Assembly: GCA_027485835.1 (NCBI GenBank)
Contig: JAIXQG010000002.1
Span: forward strand, 710,983 to 742,982
Direction: 5' to 3'
Length of the DNA: 32,000 nucleotides
Origin: Alphaproteobacteria bacterium
GTDB lineage: Bacteria; Pseudomonadota; Alphaproteobacteria; UBA2136; UBA6156
The position numbers and the translations under genes were made by a program. The notes under the pieces were generated by a model. The model searched no databases, was not told the origin of the DNA, and saw only the letters and a list, made by a program, of their open reading frames with translations. Shown one piece after another: positions 7,276 to 15,081 of this stretch (the stretch's first letter is position 1; every line of letters starts with the position of its first letter).

Positions 7276-7325
7276 GGTTGGCGCTACGAGATGGATGGTC
7301 TCCGGCCTTGTCTCGCGCTAAGAGG
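7276..7325. repeat. ~50-bp repeat module 2 (second copy at 29846-29895)
   Basis: GGTTGGCGCTACGAGAtggATGGtCtccGGCcttGTCTcGCGCtAAGAGG aligns with GGTTGGCGCTACGAGAgctATGGcCtgcGGCgatGTCTtGCGCcAAGAGG. The ends form an inverted repeat, TTGGCGC...GCGC(C/T)AA. Confidence 0.7.
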
Positions 7326-7342
7326 GATGCTGCGCATGGATT

Positions 7343-8008
7343 ATGAAGAAAGTAGAATGTATGGCTTTGGATGATGCGTTTGCGCGGCGGTTTGGGGAGG
7401 GGGTTCTCGTGGCCGGTGTGGATGAGGTGGGCCGTGGGCCTTTGGCGGGGCCGGTAGTTGCGGCGGCGGTGGTGGTGCCTGAGAGTGTGCGAGAGGCGTT
7501 GCTGAAAGTGGCGGGTGATAGCAAGGTTTTGACCGCGAAAAAGCGAGTGGCGGTGGAAGTGCTGGTGCGCGAGGGGTGTGCCTTTGGGATTGGTGAGGCC
7601 AGTGTGGCGGAAATTGATGAGCTGAATATCCGTAATGCGACGTTTCTGGCGATGACGCGGGCCTTGGCGCAGGTGCCCTATGGCGCGGTGGTGGTGGATG
7701 GCAATGCGAAGATTCCGGGTTTGAAAATGCCGCAGGAGTGCGTGGTGGGTGGCGATGGCAAGGAGCTGGCGGTGGCGTGTGCGAGTATTCTGGCCAAGGT
7801 GTACCGCGATGCGTTGATGGCCAAGCTGGGTGAGGCGTACCCCGCGTATGGTTGGGCTAAGAATGCTGGTTATGGCACGGCGGTGCATATGGATGCGCTG
7901 CGGCATCATGGGGTTACCGAACATCATCGGCGCAGTTTCGCTCCGGTACGGGATATGCTAGGTGTGGGACAACAAGATGAGAGCACCCCCGATGCCAAAG
8001 CGGCCTGA
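7343..8008 (+). CDS. rnhB: Ribonuclease HII
   Basis: VAGVDEVGRGPLAGPVVAAAVV (metal-binding DE motif region) plus a ...DSK...VDG... pattern typical of RNase HII. The start is uncertain: ATG 7343 or ATG 7361. Confidence 0.88.
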   Translation: MKKVECMALDDAFARRFGEGVLVAGVDEVGRGPLAGPVVAAAVVVPESVREALLKVAGDSKVLTAKKRVAVEVLVREGCAFGIGEASVAEIDELNIRNATFLAMTRALAQVPYGAVVVDGNAKIPGLKMPQECVVGGDGKELAVACASILAKVYRDALMAKLGEAYPAYGWAKNAGYGTAVHMDALRHHGVTEHHRRSFAPVRDMLGVGQQDESTPDAKAA

Positions 8009-9113
8009 GACAGTTCTATTCAATGCCATGCACACCACCACCGGTGGCGGCATGACCTATTTGCGCGGTGTTCTGCCGGAATTAGTCAAAGACGACCGCT
8101 TTAAGTGGATTTTGCTGGCGCCTGCCAAAACGCTGGAAGGGACGTGGGTGCCGCCCAAAGTGGAGGTGCGTGTGGTACCGGAGCTGGGCTTTGCCAAAGG
8201 CCACCTGTGGGAGCAGTGCGTATTGCCGTGGAAGGCTTGGCGGTGGGGTGCTAAGACGATTCTGTGCAATGCCAATTACACGCCGCTACTGGCGTGGCGG
8301 AGCGTGCCGATTATCCATACCACCCCGCGTGCTGCCGGACAGGCGCAGACGACGGGGATGAAGCTGTACTGGCGTGTGCTGAAGCTGCTGACGCGGCTGA
8401 GTGTGTGGAATGCTCCGCGGGCGTACAGCGTGGCGCACCATGTGATTGCTGATTATGCCAACCCGCGGAGTGCCCGTAAGGTGCGTGTGGCGCCGCCGGC
8501 GATACCTTCGGTGAAGATGGAGCAGGAGGAGCGCGACCCCAACCTGGTGGTGGCGATTGGCGATTTTTACGCCCAGAAGGATTACCCGTTGCTGGTGGAG
8601 GCGTTTGCCAAGCTGTACGCGCAGCGCCCCGCGAGCCGTTTGATGATTATTGGTCGCCCTGTGGACGCGCGTGTGCGCGATGAGGTGTTGGCGATGGTGC
8701 GGGAATTGAAATTGAGCCAAGCGGTAACCCTGACCGGTGGCATGCCGCATGACAAGCTGATGCAGGTGCTGGACCGTGCCGCCGTGTTTGTGAATGCCAG
8801 CAAGGCCGAGTGCTTCAATATTCCGGTACTGGAAGCGCTGGCGCATGGTGTGCCGGTGGTGCTGCCGGATGTGGATTTTCAGTTTGAAGTAGCCGATAAC
8901 GCCGGTGTGTATGTACCGGTGAACAAAGGTGGTGATGTGGCGGCGGCGTTTGCGGTGGCGATGTATGGTGTGTTGGAAAATACGGTTGTTGCCGATGCAC
9001 TGCGCAAAAAGGGACGTGAGCGCGCCAAGCTGTTTACGTGGGCTGCCACGGCCAAAACCATTGCTGATGGCTTAGCGGGGAAATCCTCTGATAAGGAAGG
9101 ATATGTGAAGTAA
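7992..9113 (+). CDS. Glycosyltransferase, GT-B fold (family 1/GT4-like)
   Basis: ORF-track 7962..9113. Plausible starts are ATG 7977 or 7992, both overlapping the rnhB 3' end. The C-terminal half carries the GT4-like E-x7-E region (NASKAECFNIPVLEALAHGVPVV). Confidence 0.75.
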   Translation: MPKRPETVLFNAMHTTTGGGMTYLRGVLPELVKDDRFKWILLAPAKTLEGTWVPPKVEVRVVPELGFAKGHLWEQCVLPWKAWRWGAKTILCNANYTPLLAWRSVPIIHTTPRAAGQAQTTGMKLYWRVLKLLTRLSVWNAPRAYSVAHHVIADYANPRSARKVRVAPPAIPSVKMEQEERDPNLVVAIGDFYAQKDYPLLVEAFAKLYAQRPASRLMIIGRPVDARVRDEVLAMVRELKLSQAVTLTGGMPHDKLMQVLDRAAVFVNASKAECFNIPVLEALAHGVPVVLPDVDFQFEVADNAGVYVPVNKGGDVAAAFAVAMYGVLENTVVADALRKKGRERAKLFTWAATAKTIADGLAGKSSDKEGYVK

Positions 9114-9114
9114 A

Positions 9115-10047
9115 ATGGGGCGTGTATTGGTGACCGGAGGGGCGGGGTTTATTGGCCGCCATGTGGTGCGGGCGTTGTTGGCCAAGGGCTATGCGGTGCG
9201 TGTGCTGGATGATTTCTCTAACAGCGGGCGCGAGGGGATGCCAGAGGATGCCAAGCTGGACGTGCGGGAAGGTGATGTGGCCGATGCCGCTTGTGTGACG
9301 GCGGCGATGGACGGTGTGGACCATGTGGTGCATTTGGCGGCGTTGGTAAGTGTTCCGCTCAGTGTGCAGCAGCCCCAGAAAACCTTTACGAGCAATGTGG
9401 TAGGAACCCAGGTGGTAATGGATGCCGCCCGTGTGCAAGGGGTGAAGGGCTGCGTGATGTATGCCAGCAGTGCCGCCGTATATGGCGCGCGTGAGGCCGA
9501 CGGTGGCACGCGTGAAGAGGAGGCTTTGCAGGCGCATCTGGTAAGCCCTTATGCGGTCAGCAAGGCGATGGATGAAACGCTGGGGCGGATGTACCGTGAT
9601 GTATATGGGCTTAGGACCTTGGGGCTACGCTTTTTTAACGTGTACGGCGAGGGGCAAAACCCGAGCAGCCCCTACAGCGGGGTATTGAGCCGCGTGGTTC
9701 ATACATTAAGCCGTGGCGAGACGTTTACCGTGTTTGGAGACGGTGAGCAGACCCGCGATTTTGTGGCGGTGCAGGATATAGCCGCGGTGATTGTGAACTT
9801 GTTGGAGCAAGGCGGGGACGTGCCGCCGGTGATGAATTTGGGCAGTGGCCAGCGCGTGCGGTTGCTGGATGTGATAGACGCGGTGGCGCAGGTGATGGGG
9901 GTGGAACCTCAGGTGGTGCATGGGCCGGCGCAAGCGGGGGACGTGCGCTCGAGCTGCGCTGACATTGGCTTGCTGCGCGCGACGTTGCCGCAATGGACAC
10001 CGACGTTGTTGGCCGACGGGTTGCGGCAGTGGTTGAAGACGGAATAG
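9115..10047 (+). CDS. NAD-dependent nucleotide-sugar epimerase/dehydratase (extended SDR), paralog 1
   Basis: ATG lies 1 nt after the preceding stop. Motifs: TGGAGFIG Rossmann, SSAAVYG, catalytic YAVSK (Y-x3-K). About 310 aa. Confidence 0.8.
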   Translation: MGRVLVTGGAGFIGRHVVRALLAKGYAVRVLDDFSNSGREGMPEDAKLDVREGDVADAACVTAAMDGVDHVVHLAALVSVPLSVQQPQKTFTSNVVGTQVVMDAARVQGVKGCVMYASSAAVYGAREADGGTREEEALQAHLVSPYAVSKAMDETLGRMYRDVYGLRTLGLRFFNVYGEGQNPSSPYSGVLSRVVHTLSRGETFTVFGDGEQTRDFVAVQDIAAVIVNLLEQGGDVPPVMNLGSGQRVRLLDVIDAVAQVMGVEPQVVHGPAQAGDVRSSCADIGLLRATLPQWTPTLLADGLRQWLKTE

Positions 10048-10057
10048 GGCAGTCAGC

Positions 10058-10987
10058 ATGGCGAAAATTCTGGTAACGGGTGGCGCGGGGTTTATCGGCA
10101 GCTACGTGGTGCGTGCGCTGATTGGCGGCGGCCATGACGTGATGGTGCTGGATGACTTGAGTACAGGCAAGCGTGATAATATCCCGCATGGCCGCCAGAT
10201 GGATATGATCAAGGGCGATGTGGCGGACATGGCCACGGTGGAAAAGGCTATGCAGGGCTGTGAGCATGTGATCCATCTTGCCGCGCTCGTGGATATTCCG
10301 CAGACATTAGAAAACCCGGAGCGGGCCTACCGCGTGAATGTGCAGGGTACCCACAACGTGTTGGAATGTGCGCGCAAACTGGGTTTGAGCGGGCGCCTGA
10401 TTTACGCTAGCAGCGCTGCCGTGTACGGCAATTTAAGTGACGGTGCGGTGAAGGAAGAGGACGCGGGGAATGTGAGCCTGAACAACCCTTATGCTGCTAG
10501 CAAGCGTACGGCTGAGATTCAGGCACGGATGTACAAGGACGTGTATGGCCTGAAGGTGACCACGCTGCGGATTTTTAACGCTTACGGGCCGGGTCAGGAT
10601 GAAAACGGCGGTTACAGCGGGTTGCTGAGCAAGGTGGTGGACAGCGTGCAAAACGGCACCTTGCTGACGATTTTTGGTGATGGCAGCCAGACGCGGGATT
10701 TGGTGTCGGTGCATGATGTCGCGATGATTATACGGGCGCTAGTGCAGGCACCGGTGAGTGTGGAATTGCCGTGGGTGATGAATGTGGGGAGCGGGATTGC
10801 GATTACTTTGCTGGATACCATCCGGCAGGTGGTGTCGATCAAGCGCGTGAACCCACGGGTGGAATACCGCCCCGCACGCAAGGGGGATGTAAAGCTGAGC
10901 TGTGCCGATATTACGCTGTTGCGACAGGTCTTCCCTGGTTGGAAGCCGGTAGATCTGGCGACCGGTTTGCGGCAGTGGCTGGCTTAA
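10058..10987 (+). CDS. NAD-dependent nucleotide-sugar epimerase/dehydratase (extended SDR), paralog 2
   Basis: Motifs TGGAGFIG, SSAAVYG, YAASK. It is colinear with the upstream paralog along its whole length, for example the endings RSSCADIGLLRATLPQWTPTLLADGLRQWL and KLSCADITLLRQVFPGWKPVDLATGLRQWL. Confidence 0.8.
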   Translation: MAKILVTGGAGFIGSYVVRALIGGGHDVMVLDDLSTGKRDNIPHGRQMDMIKGDVADMATVEKAMQGCEHVIHLAALVDIPQTLENPERAYRVNVQGTHNVLECARKLGLSGRLIYASSAAVYGNLSDGAVKEEDAGNVSLNNPYAASKRTAEIQARMYKDVYGLKVTTLRIFNAYGPGQDENGGYSGLLSKVVDSVQNGTLLTIFGDGSQTRDLVSVHDVAMIIRALVQAPVSVELPWVMNVGSGIAITLLDTIRQVVSIKRVNPRVEYRPARKGDVKLSCADITLLRQVFPGWKPVDLATGLRQWLA

Positions 10988-11012
10988 ACTCTTAACTTGA
11001 GGGGGGCGAACT

Positions 11013-11885
11013 ATGTACATGGTGAATGGGGTTTTAACCGCCGATAAACCGACGGTGGCGCTGGGCGATTTTGGCTTTGCGCGCGGGATTACGGTGTTTG
11101 AATTGTTCCGTGTGTATGGGCGTGTCCCGTTTAGAATGGCGGCTCACCTTAACCGGTTGGAGCGCGGGTGTGCGCTGATGGGAATTACGTTGCCGGTGAG
11201 CCGTGCGGACTTAGAGCAGCAGATTGCTATGCTGATGGCTGAACACAGTTACCCGCACAGTGTGGTGAAGATCTATGTGACGGCGGGGGAGTGTGCGGCG
11301 GCATCAGGCCTTTCCTTTGCGGCGTGTGCCGACTTTGCGCCGCAGGTGTTTATTTTGGAAGATGCGGTGAAGATGCAGCATCCGCAAGCTGCTTATGGAT
11401 TGGAAACTTACGTGCGCGGGCAAAACCTGAAAACGGTGGAGGCAATACGCGAATTGCCGGATGTGAAAACTGCCAATTACGGCATCGGGTTTGTGGCGGC
11501 GAAGCGGGCTGGTACGGCCTATGACGACGTGCTGTTTACCACACCACAGGGCCATGTGACCGAGGCGACGCGCAGCAATTTTTTTGCGGTGCTGGACGGT
11601 AAGTTGGTGACCGCCCGAAGTGGCATGCTGGACGGCATTACCCGCAGCGTGGTTTTGGAATTGGCGGCGGATGTGGGAATTGCGACCGAGGTGCGGGATA
11701 TCACCGTGGCGGAACTGGCCGGCGCGACGGAGGCGTTTACCAGCGGCAGCATTACCGAGATGGTGCCGGTGCGGAGCGTTAATGACGTGGTATTGGCCGG
11801 TGGCGACGACCGCACCCAGACGCCGGTGTATAAGGCCCTGCGCGAGGCGTTTACGGCCTTGGTGGCCAGAGAGTGTGGCCAGTAG
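11013..11885 (+). CDS. Class IV (fold-type IV) PLP aminotransferase (BCAT / D-amino-acid aminotransferase / ADC-lyase family)
   Basis: GAGGGGGG lies 6 nt upstream of ATG 11013. Motifs: GFARGITVFELFRVY, a candidate catalytic-Lys region VKTANYGIGFVAAKRA, and TEATRSNFF. Confidence 0.8.
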   Translation: MYMVNGVLTADKPTVALGDFGFARGITVFELFRVYGRVPFRMAAHLNRLERGCALMGITLPVSRADLEQQIAMLMAEHSYPHSVVKIYVTAGECAAASGLSFAACADFAPQVFILEDAVKMQHPQAAYGLETYVRGQNLKTVEAIRELPDVKTANYGIGFVAAKRAGTAYDDVLFTTPQGHVTEATRSNFFAVLDGKLVTARSGMLDGITRSVVLELAADVGIATEVRDITVAELAGATEAFTSGSITEMVPVRSVNDVVLAGGDDRTQTPVYKALREAFTALVARECGQ

Positions 11886-11887
11886 GC

Positions 11888-11916
11888 TTGACGAAACGCC
11901 TCCGGCTGCCTATTGT
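11888..11916 (+). promoter_or_regulatory. Candidate sigma70-type promoter heading a ~240-nt leader upstream of the GNAT gene
   Basis: TTGACG (11888-11893), 17-nt spacer, TATTGT (11911-11916). Pattern match only. Confidence 0.4.
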
Positions 11917-12163
11917 ACACGTATGTTTACTTCGTATACCCCCTTGGATTTGACCGCTGTGGCGGCACGGGGCGTTTTGACGGGTTCTCCGGTTCTTCTG
12001 CGACGATAGCCTGACCGTACGGCGACATTTGCCGTATGCGTTGGGTTGGTTACCTCTCTTTCGGGGATGGTTGTTTTTCTCAGCGCATACGGGAAGTGTG
12101 GTCTACCTTGGCGACATCTCCTTCCCTTTTGATTTTTATAACTATGCCCCCGAGGAGGCCGAA

Positions 12164-12898
12164 ATGAACCAACATGTGAATGGTGCAACCGAGCAGGTTG
12201 TACTGGGTGATGGCGTTGACCTGCGAGGGATCAAGCAGCCGGAGCTGAACCTGAAACTGCGGCGCTTGCGTGACCGCGACCTGCCTGCCATTTGCGCCTT
12301 GCAAAACAAGGTGAATGCCGAGCTGGTGGCCGACGGACACGGTGCCTATGTGGTGGTGCGGCGTGAGGAGAGCTTTGCGGCGCATCTGGAGGCCCTTGGC
12401 GTGATGCTGGGGGTGTTTGATGGCGAGAGGCTTGTAGCGCAGTCTTTGATGGGCCTGCCGCCGCGGGCGGACAGTGACCATGGCTGCGACTTGCAGCCGG
12501 AGGAGCCTGCCGACAAGCTGGTGGTGATGAAAGGCGTTTTGGTGGATGCGGCCTACCGTGGCAACCACCTGATGCAGCGCATGGGCGAAGTGGGCCTGGG
12601 GCTGGCCCGCCTGCGCGGACGCCACCAGCTGGTGGCCGAAGCGGCGGTGGGGAACATCGCCAGCTGGTGCAGCATGCTGGCGCTTGGTATGCGTATTGTT
12701 GCGTGTGACGAGGCGCCTTCCGACCACGAACCGCTGTATCTGGTTCGCCGCAAGGTGGCCGATAGGCCGGCGCAGACGGTTCAGCGCTACCTGAACCCAA
12801 CGCAGCCGTGGCGCGTGCAACGGAAGACGTTTGGTACTGACGGATACCACGGCGTTTGGTATCGTGGCGGCCAGATAGGCCTTGCCGCTGCCGATTAA
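12164..12898 (+). CDS. GNAT-family N-acetyltransferase with a C-terminal extension
   Basis: The ORF-track start 12029 is trimmed to ATG 12164, which is preceded by GAGGAGG (12152-12158). An acetyl-CoA-binding-type segment is present: VLVDAAYRGNHLMQRMGEVGLGLARLRG. Confidence 0.65.
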   Translation: MNQHVNGATEQVVLGDGVDLRGIKQPELNLKLRRLRDRDLPAICALQNKVNAELVADGHGAYVVVRREESFAAHLEALGVMLGVFDGERLVAQSLMGLPPRADSDHGCDLQPEEPADKLVVMKGVLVDAAYRGNHLMQRMGEVGLGLARLRGRHQLVAEAAVGNIASWCSMLALGMRIVACDEAPSDHEPLYLVRRKVADRPAQTVQRYLNPTQPWRVQRKTFGTDGYHGVWYRGGQIGLAAAD

Positions 12899-12920
12899 GC
12901 CCCACTGTGAGCGAGACATC

Positions 12921-12949
12921 AGGCCGCGGGAGATTATCTCTCGCGGCCT
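12921..12949 (+). terminator. Hairpin terminator after the GNAT gene
   Basis: AGGCCGCGGGAGA (12921-12933), loop tta, TCTCTCGCGGCCT (12937-12949): a 13-bp stem with one G-U pair. The tail is only weakly T-rich (gTcaTTaTT). Confidence 0.55.
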
Positions 12950-12975
12950 GTCATTATTGAGATAGGTAAACGAAG

Positions 12976-13851
12976 ATGGAGAGACAGGACATGATTGCCA
13001 GTTATAGCTTTGCCGGTTTGAAGCCCGGCCCCCACCTGTTGGTGATGGGGGCTGTGCACGGTGACGAGCTGTGTGGGCCACGTGCGATTGAGCGGGTTAG
13101 GGCCGAGATACGTGATGGGCGGTTGCCGCTTGAGTGCGGGCGGGTAACGTTTGTACCCGTGGCCAACCCTGCCGCTTATGCCGTGCGGCGGCGTTATGTG
13201 GAGAAGAACCTCAACCGTATTTTTGCGCGACATGAGGCGCCAAGCTGTGAGGAAGAGCGCATTGCCACCGCGCTGTGCGATGTGGTGGACAGCTGTGATT
13301 ACCTGCTGGATATCCATTCCTTCCATACGCCGGGGGTGCCGTTTGTGTTTCGGGATTACACGGATGCCACGACTGTGGCGTTTGCCGAGAATTTGGGTTT
13401 CCCCTATGTGTTGAGCGGGTGGCCGGAATTGTATGGCACCGAGGCGGCGAGTGGATTGAACATGGGGGATACGGTGCAGTATGCCCATAGTCAAGGTAAG
13501 ACGGCGGTACTGGTGGAGTGCGGCCAACATGAGGAAGAGGCGGCGGTAGCGTTGGCCGAAGCGTGTATTGCTAACGCCTTGCGACATTTAGGCCTTGTAG
13601 GCGGTGGAGCGCAGGTGGAAGCACCGCGTGAGGTGCGGTTTAGCCATGTTTGGGTGATGCCTGAACAGGGTGGCAAGCTGCTGCGTGGCTGGCAGAACCT
13701 CGATAGCGTGGTGGCGGGTGAACCGTTGGCGCAGTTGGCGGACGGCACGCTGCTGGTGGCCCCGCGTGATGGCGCGATGATTATGCCCAAGCAGGATGCC
13801 GTGGCCGGTGAGGAGTGGTTTTATTTTGGCGAGACGGTTGTACGCGCTTAA
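12976..13851 (+). CDS. Succinylglutamate desuccinylase/aspartoacylase (AstE/AspA) family zinc hydrolase
   Basis: LLVMGAVHGDELCG (H-x-x-E zinc ligands) and LLDIHSFHTPG, typical of this M14-like deacylase family. The start is ATG 12976 or ATG 12991. Confidence 0.7.
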   Translation: MERQDMIASYSFAGLKPGPHLLVMGAVHGDELCGPRAIERVRAEIRDGRLPLECGRVTFVPVANPAAYAVRRRYVEKNLNRIFARHEAPSCEEERIATALCDVVDSCDYLLDIHSFHTPGVPFVFRDYTDATTVAFAENLGFPYVLSGWPELYGTEAASGLNMGDTVQYAHSQGKTAVLVECGQHEEEAAVALAEACIANALRHLGLVGGGAQVEAPREVRFSHVWVMPEQGGKLLRGWQNLDSVVAGEPLAQLADGTLLVAPRDGAMIMPKQDAVAGEEWFYFGETVVRA

Positions 13852-13858
13852 ACGCCCT

Positions 13859-14034
13859 TAAAGCTATTCCCCTTATTCTTTACACATTCTGTAAACCTGC
13901 GGGCGGGCTAAAAAGGCATCTGGATTATGTCAAAAAACCAGAAAAATAGGGCCGCTATTATCCTAGTTTTTCGCCCTAACCAGCTCCCTTTTTATCTCCG
14001 CCATAATATGTAAAGAATAACGGGAATAGCTTTA
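13859..14034. repeat. Long nested-hairpin element, family 2, copy 2 (176 bp)
   Basis: Stem 1 (13860-13888 with 14005-14033) pairs at 27 of 29 positions. The 10-nt bulge CTGTAAACCT lies at 13889-13898. Stem 2 is 13899-13923 with 13980-14002. The 56-nt centre (13924-13979) carries the same 17-mer AAATAGGGCCGCTATTA (13944-13960). The right end overlaps the mutY stop codon. Confidence 0.8.
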
Positions 14035-15063
14035 GATATGCGCGAGAGCGTGGGTGAGGGCCTTGCGCATGAGGGTGGAGAGTGCGGGCAGGTTGTCTGG
14101 CGCATAGCGGTTGGAGGCGGGGATTTCCGGTACCTCGGTGTGCAGCAGGTTTAGCGTTAATTTGAAGTGGCTGAAGGTGTGGCTGATGCTGCCGCATTCG
14201 GTTTGGGTATCGAGTGCGAGGGGAGCGTGTTGCGGTTCGGATTTCGGTTCCCAGCCGCTGTGGGGGAGTTCGTACAACGAGGCGAGCAGGCCGGTGGCGG
14301 GGCGTTGCTGGAGGTAGAGTTGGCCGGAGGGGTCGGTAATGAGCCACGCGGTGGCGGTGTGGTGGGGTATTTGTTTTTTGGGGGCTTTGCGCGGGTAGCT
14401 GGTTTGGTCGCCATGTTGGTTGGCCTGACACCATTGTGCTACTGGACAGATTAAGCACTGCGGGGAGGTGGGGGTGCAGACCTGGGAGCCTAGTTCCATG
14501 ATGGCGTTGGCATAGAGGCGAGGCTCGGTGGGGGAGGCGAGGTGGCCTGCCAGTGTGCGGAGGGTGTTACGGGCGGCGGGGAGTTGTTGCTCTATGCGGT
14601 AGAGGCGGGAGATGACGCGCTCGACGTTGCCGTCGACCACATTGGCGGCGGTGTTGAAGGCGGTGGCGGCCAGCACGGCGGCGGTGTAGGGGCCGAGGCC
14701 GGGGAGGTTTAAAAGTTCGGATTCGGTGGTCGGGAAGTGGCCGTTATGGTCGCGCAAGATGGTTTGGGCGCACTTATGCAGCATATGGGCGCGGCGGTAG
14801 TAGCCGAGGCCTTGCCAGTGGTGCAGGACGTCGTCGATGGGGGCTTCGGCCAGAGATTGCAGCGTAGGAAAGCGGTGCAGGAAACGCTGGTAGTAGGGAA
14901 TGACTGCGGTGACGGTGGTTTGCTGGAGCATCACTTCGGCCAGCCAGATGTGATAGGGGGTGGCGTTTTCGTCCCTCCACGGCATGGCACGGTGGCCGCG
15001 CGCGTACCAGCCGAGCAGGGCGGTTTGGAATTGTTGTGAAGGAATATGGTTGGGCTGGCTCAT
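14032..15063 (-). CDS. mutY: A/G-specific adenine DNA glycosylase
   Basis: The ORF-track start 15267 is trimmed to ATG at 15063-15061 (MSQPNHIPSQQF...). Features: an HhH-GPD region (LPGLGPYTAAVLA), a 4Fe-4S loop CTPTSPQCLICPVAQWC, and a C-terminal NUDIX-like domain. Confidence 0.9.
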   Translation of the reverse strand: MSQPNHIPSQQFQTALLGWYARGHRAMPWRDENATPYHIWLAEVMLQQTTVTAVIPYYQRFLHRFPTLQSLAEAPIDDVLHHWQGLGYYRRAHMLHKCAQTILRDHNGHFPTTESELLNLPGLGPYTAAVLAATAFNTAANVVDGNVERVISRLYRIEQQLPAARNTLRTLAGHLASPTEPRLYANAIMELGSQVCTPTSPQCLICPVAQWCQANQHGDQTSYPRKAPKKQIPHHTATAWLITDPSGQLYLQQRPATGLLASLYELPHSGWEPKSEPQHAPLALDTQTECGSISHTFSHFKLTLNLLHTEVPEIPASNRYAPDNLPALSTLMRKALTHALAHI

Positions 15064-15081
15064 ATCTGGTACGTTAGGTTT

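Noticed and set aside
8892-8899. GCCGATAA sigma28 -10-like octamers at 8892-8899 and 11040-11047.
   Set aside because: Both lie inside coding sequence and neither has a TAAA -35 element 15 nt upstream.
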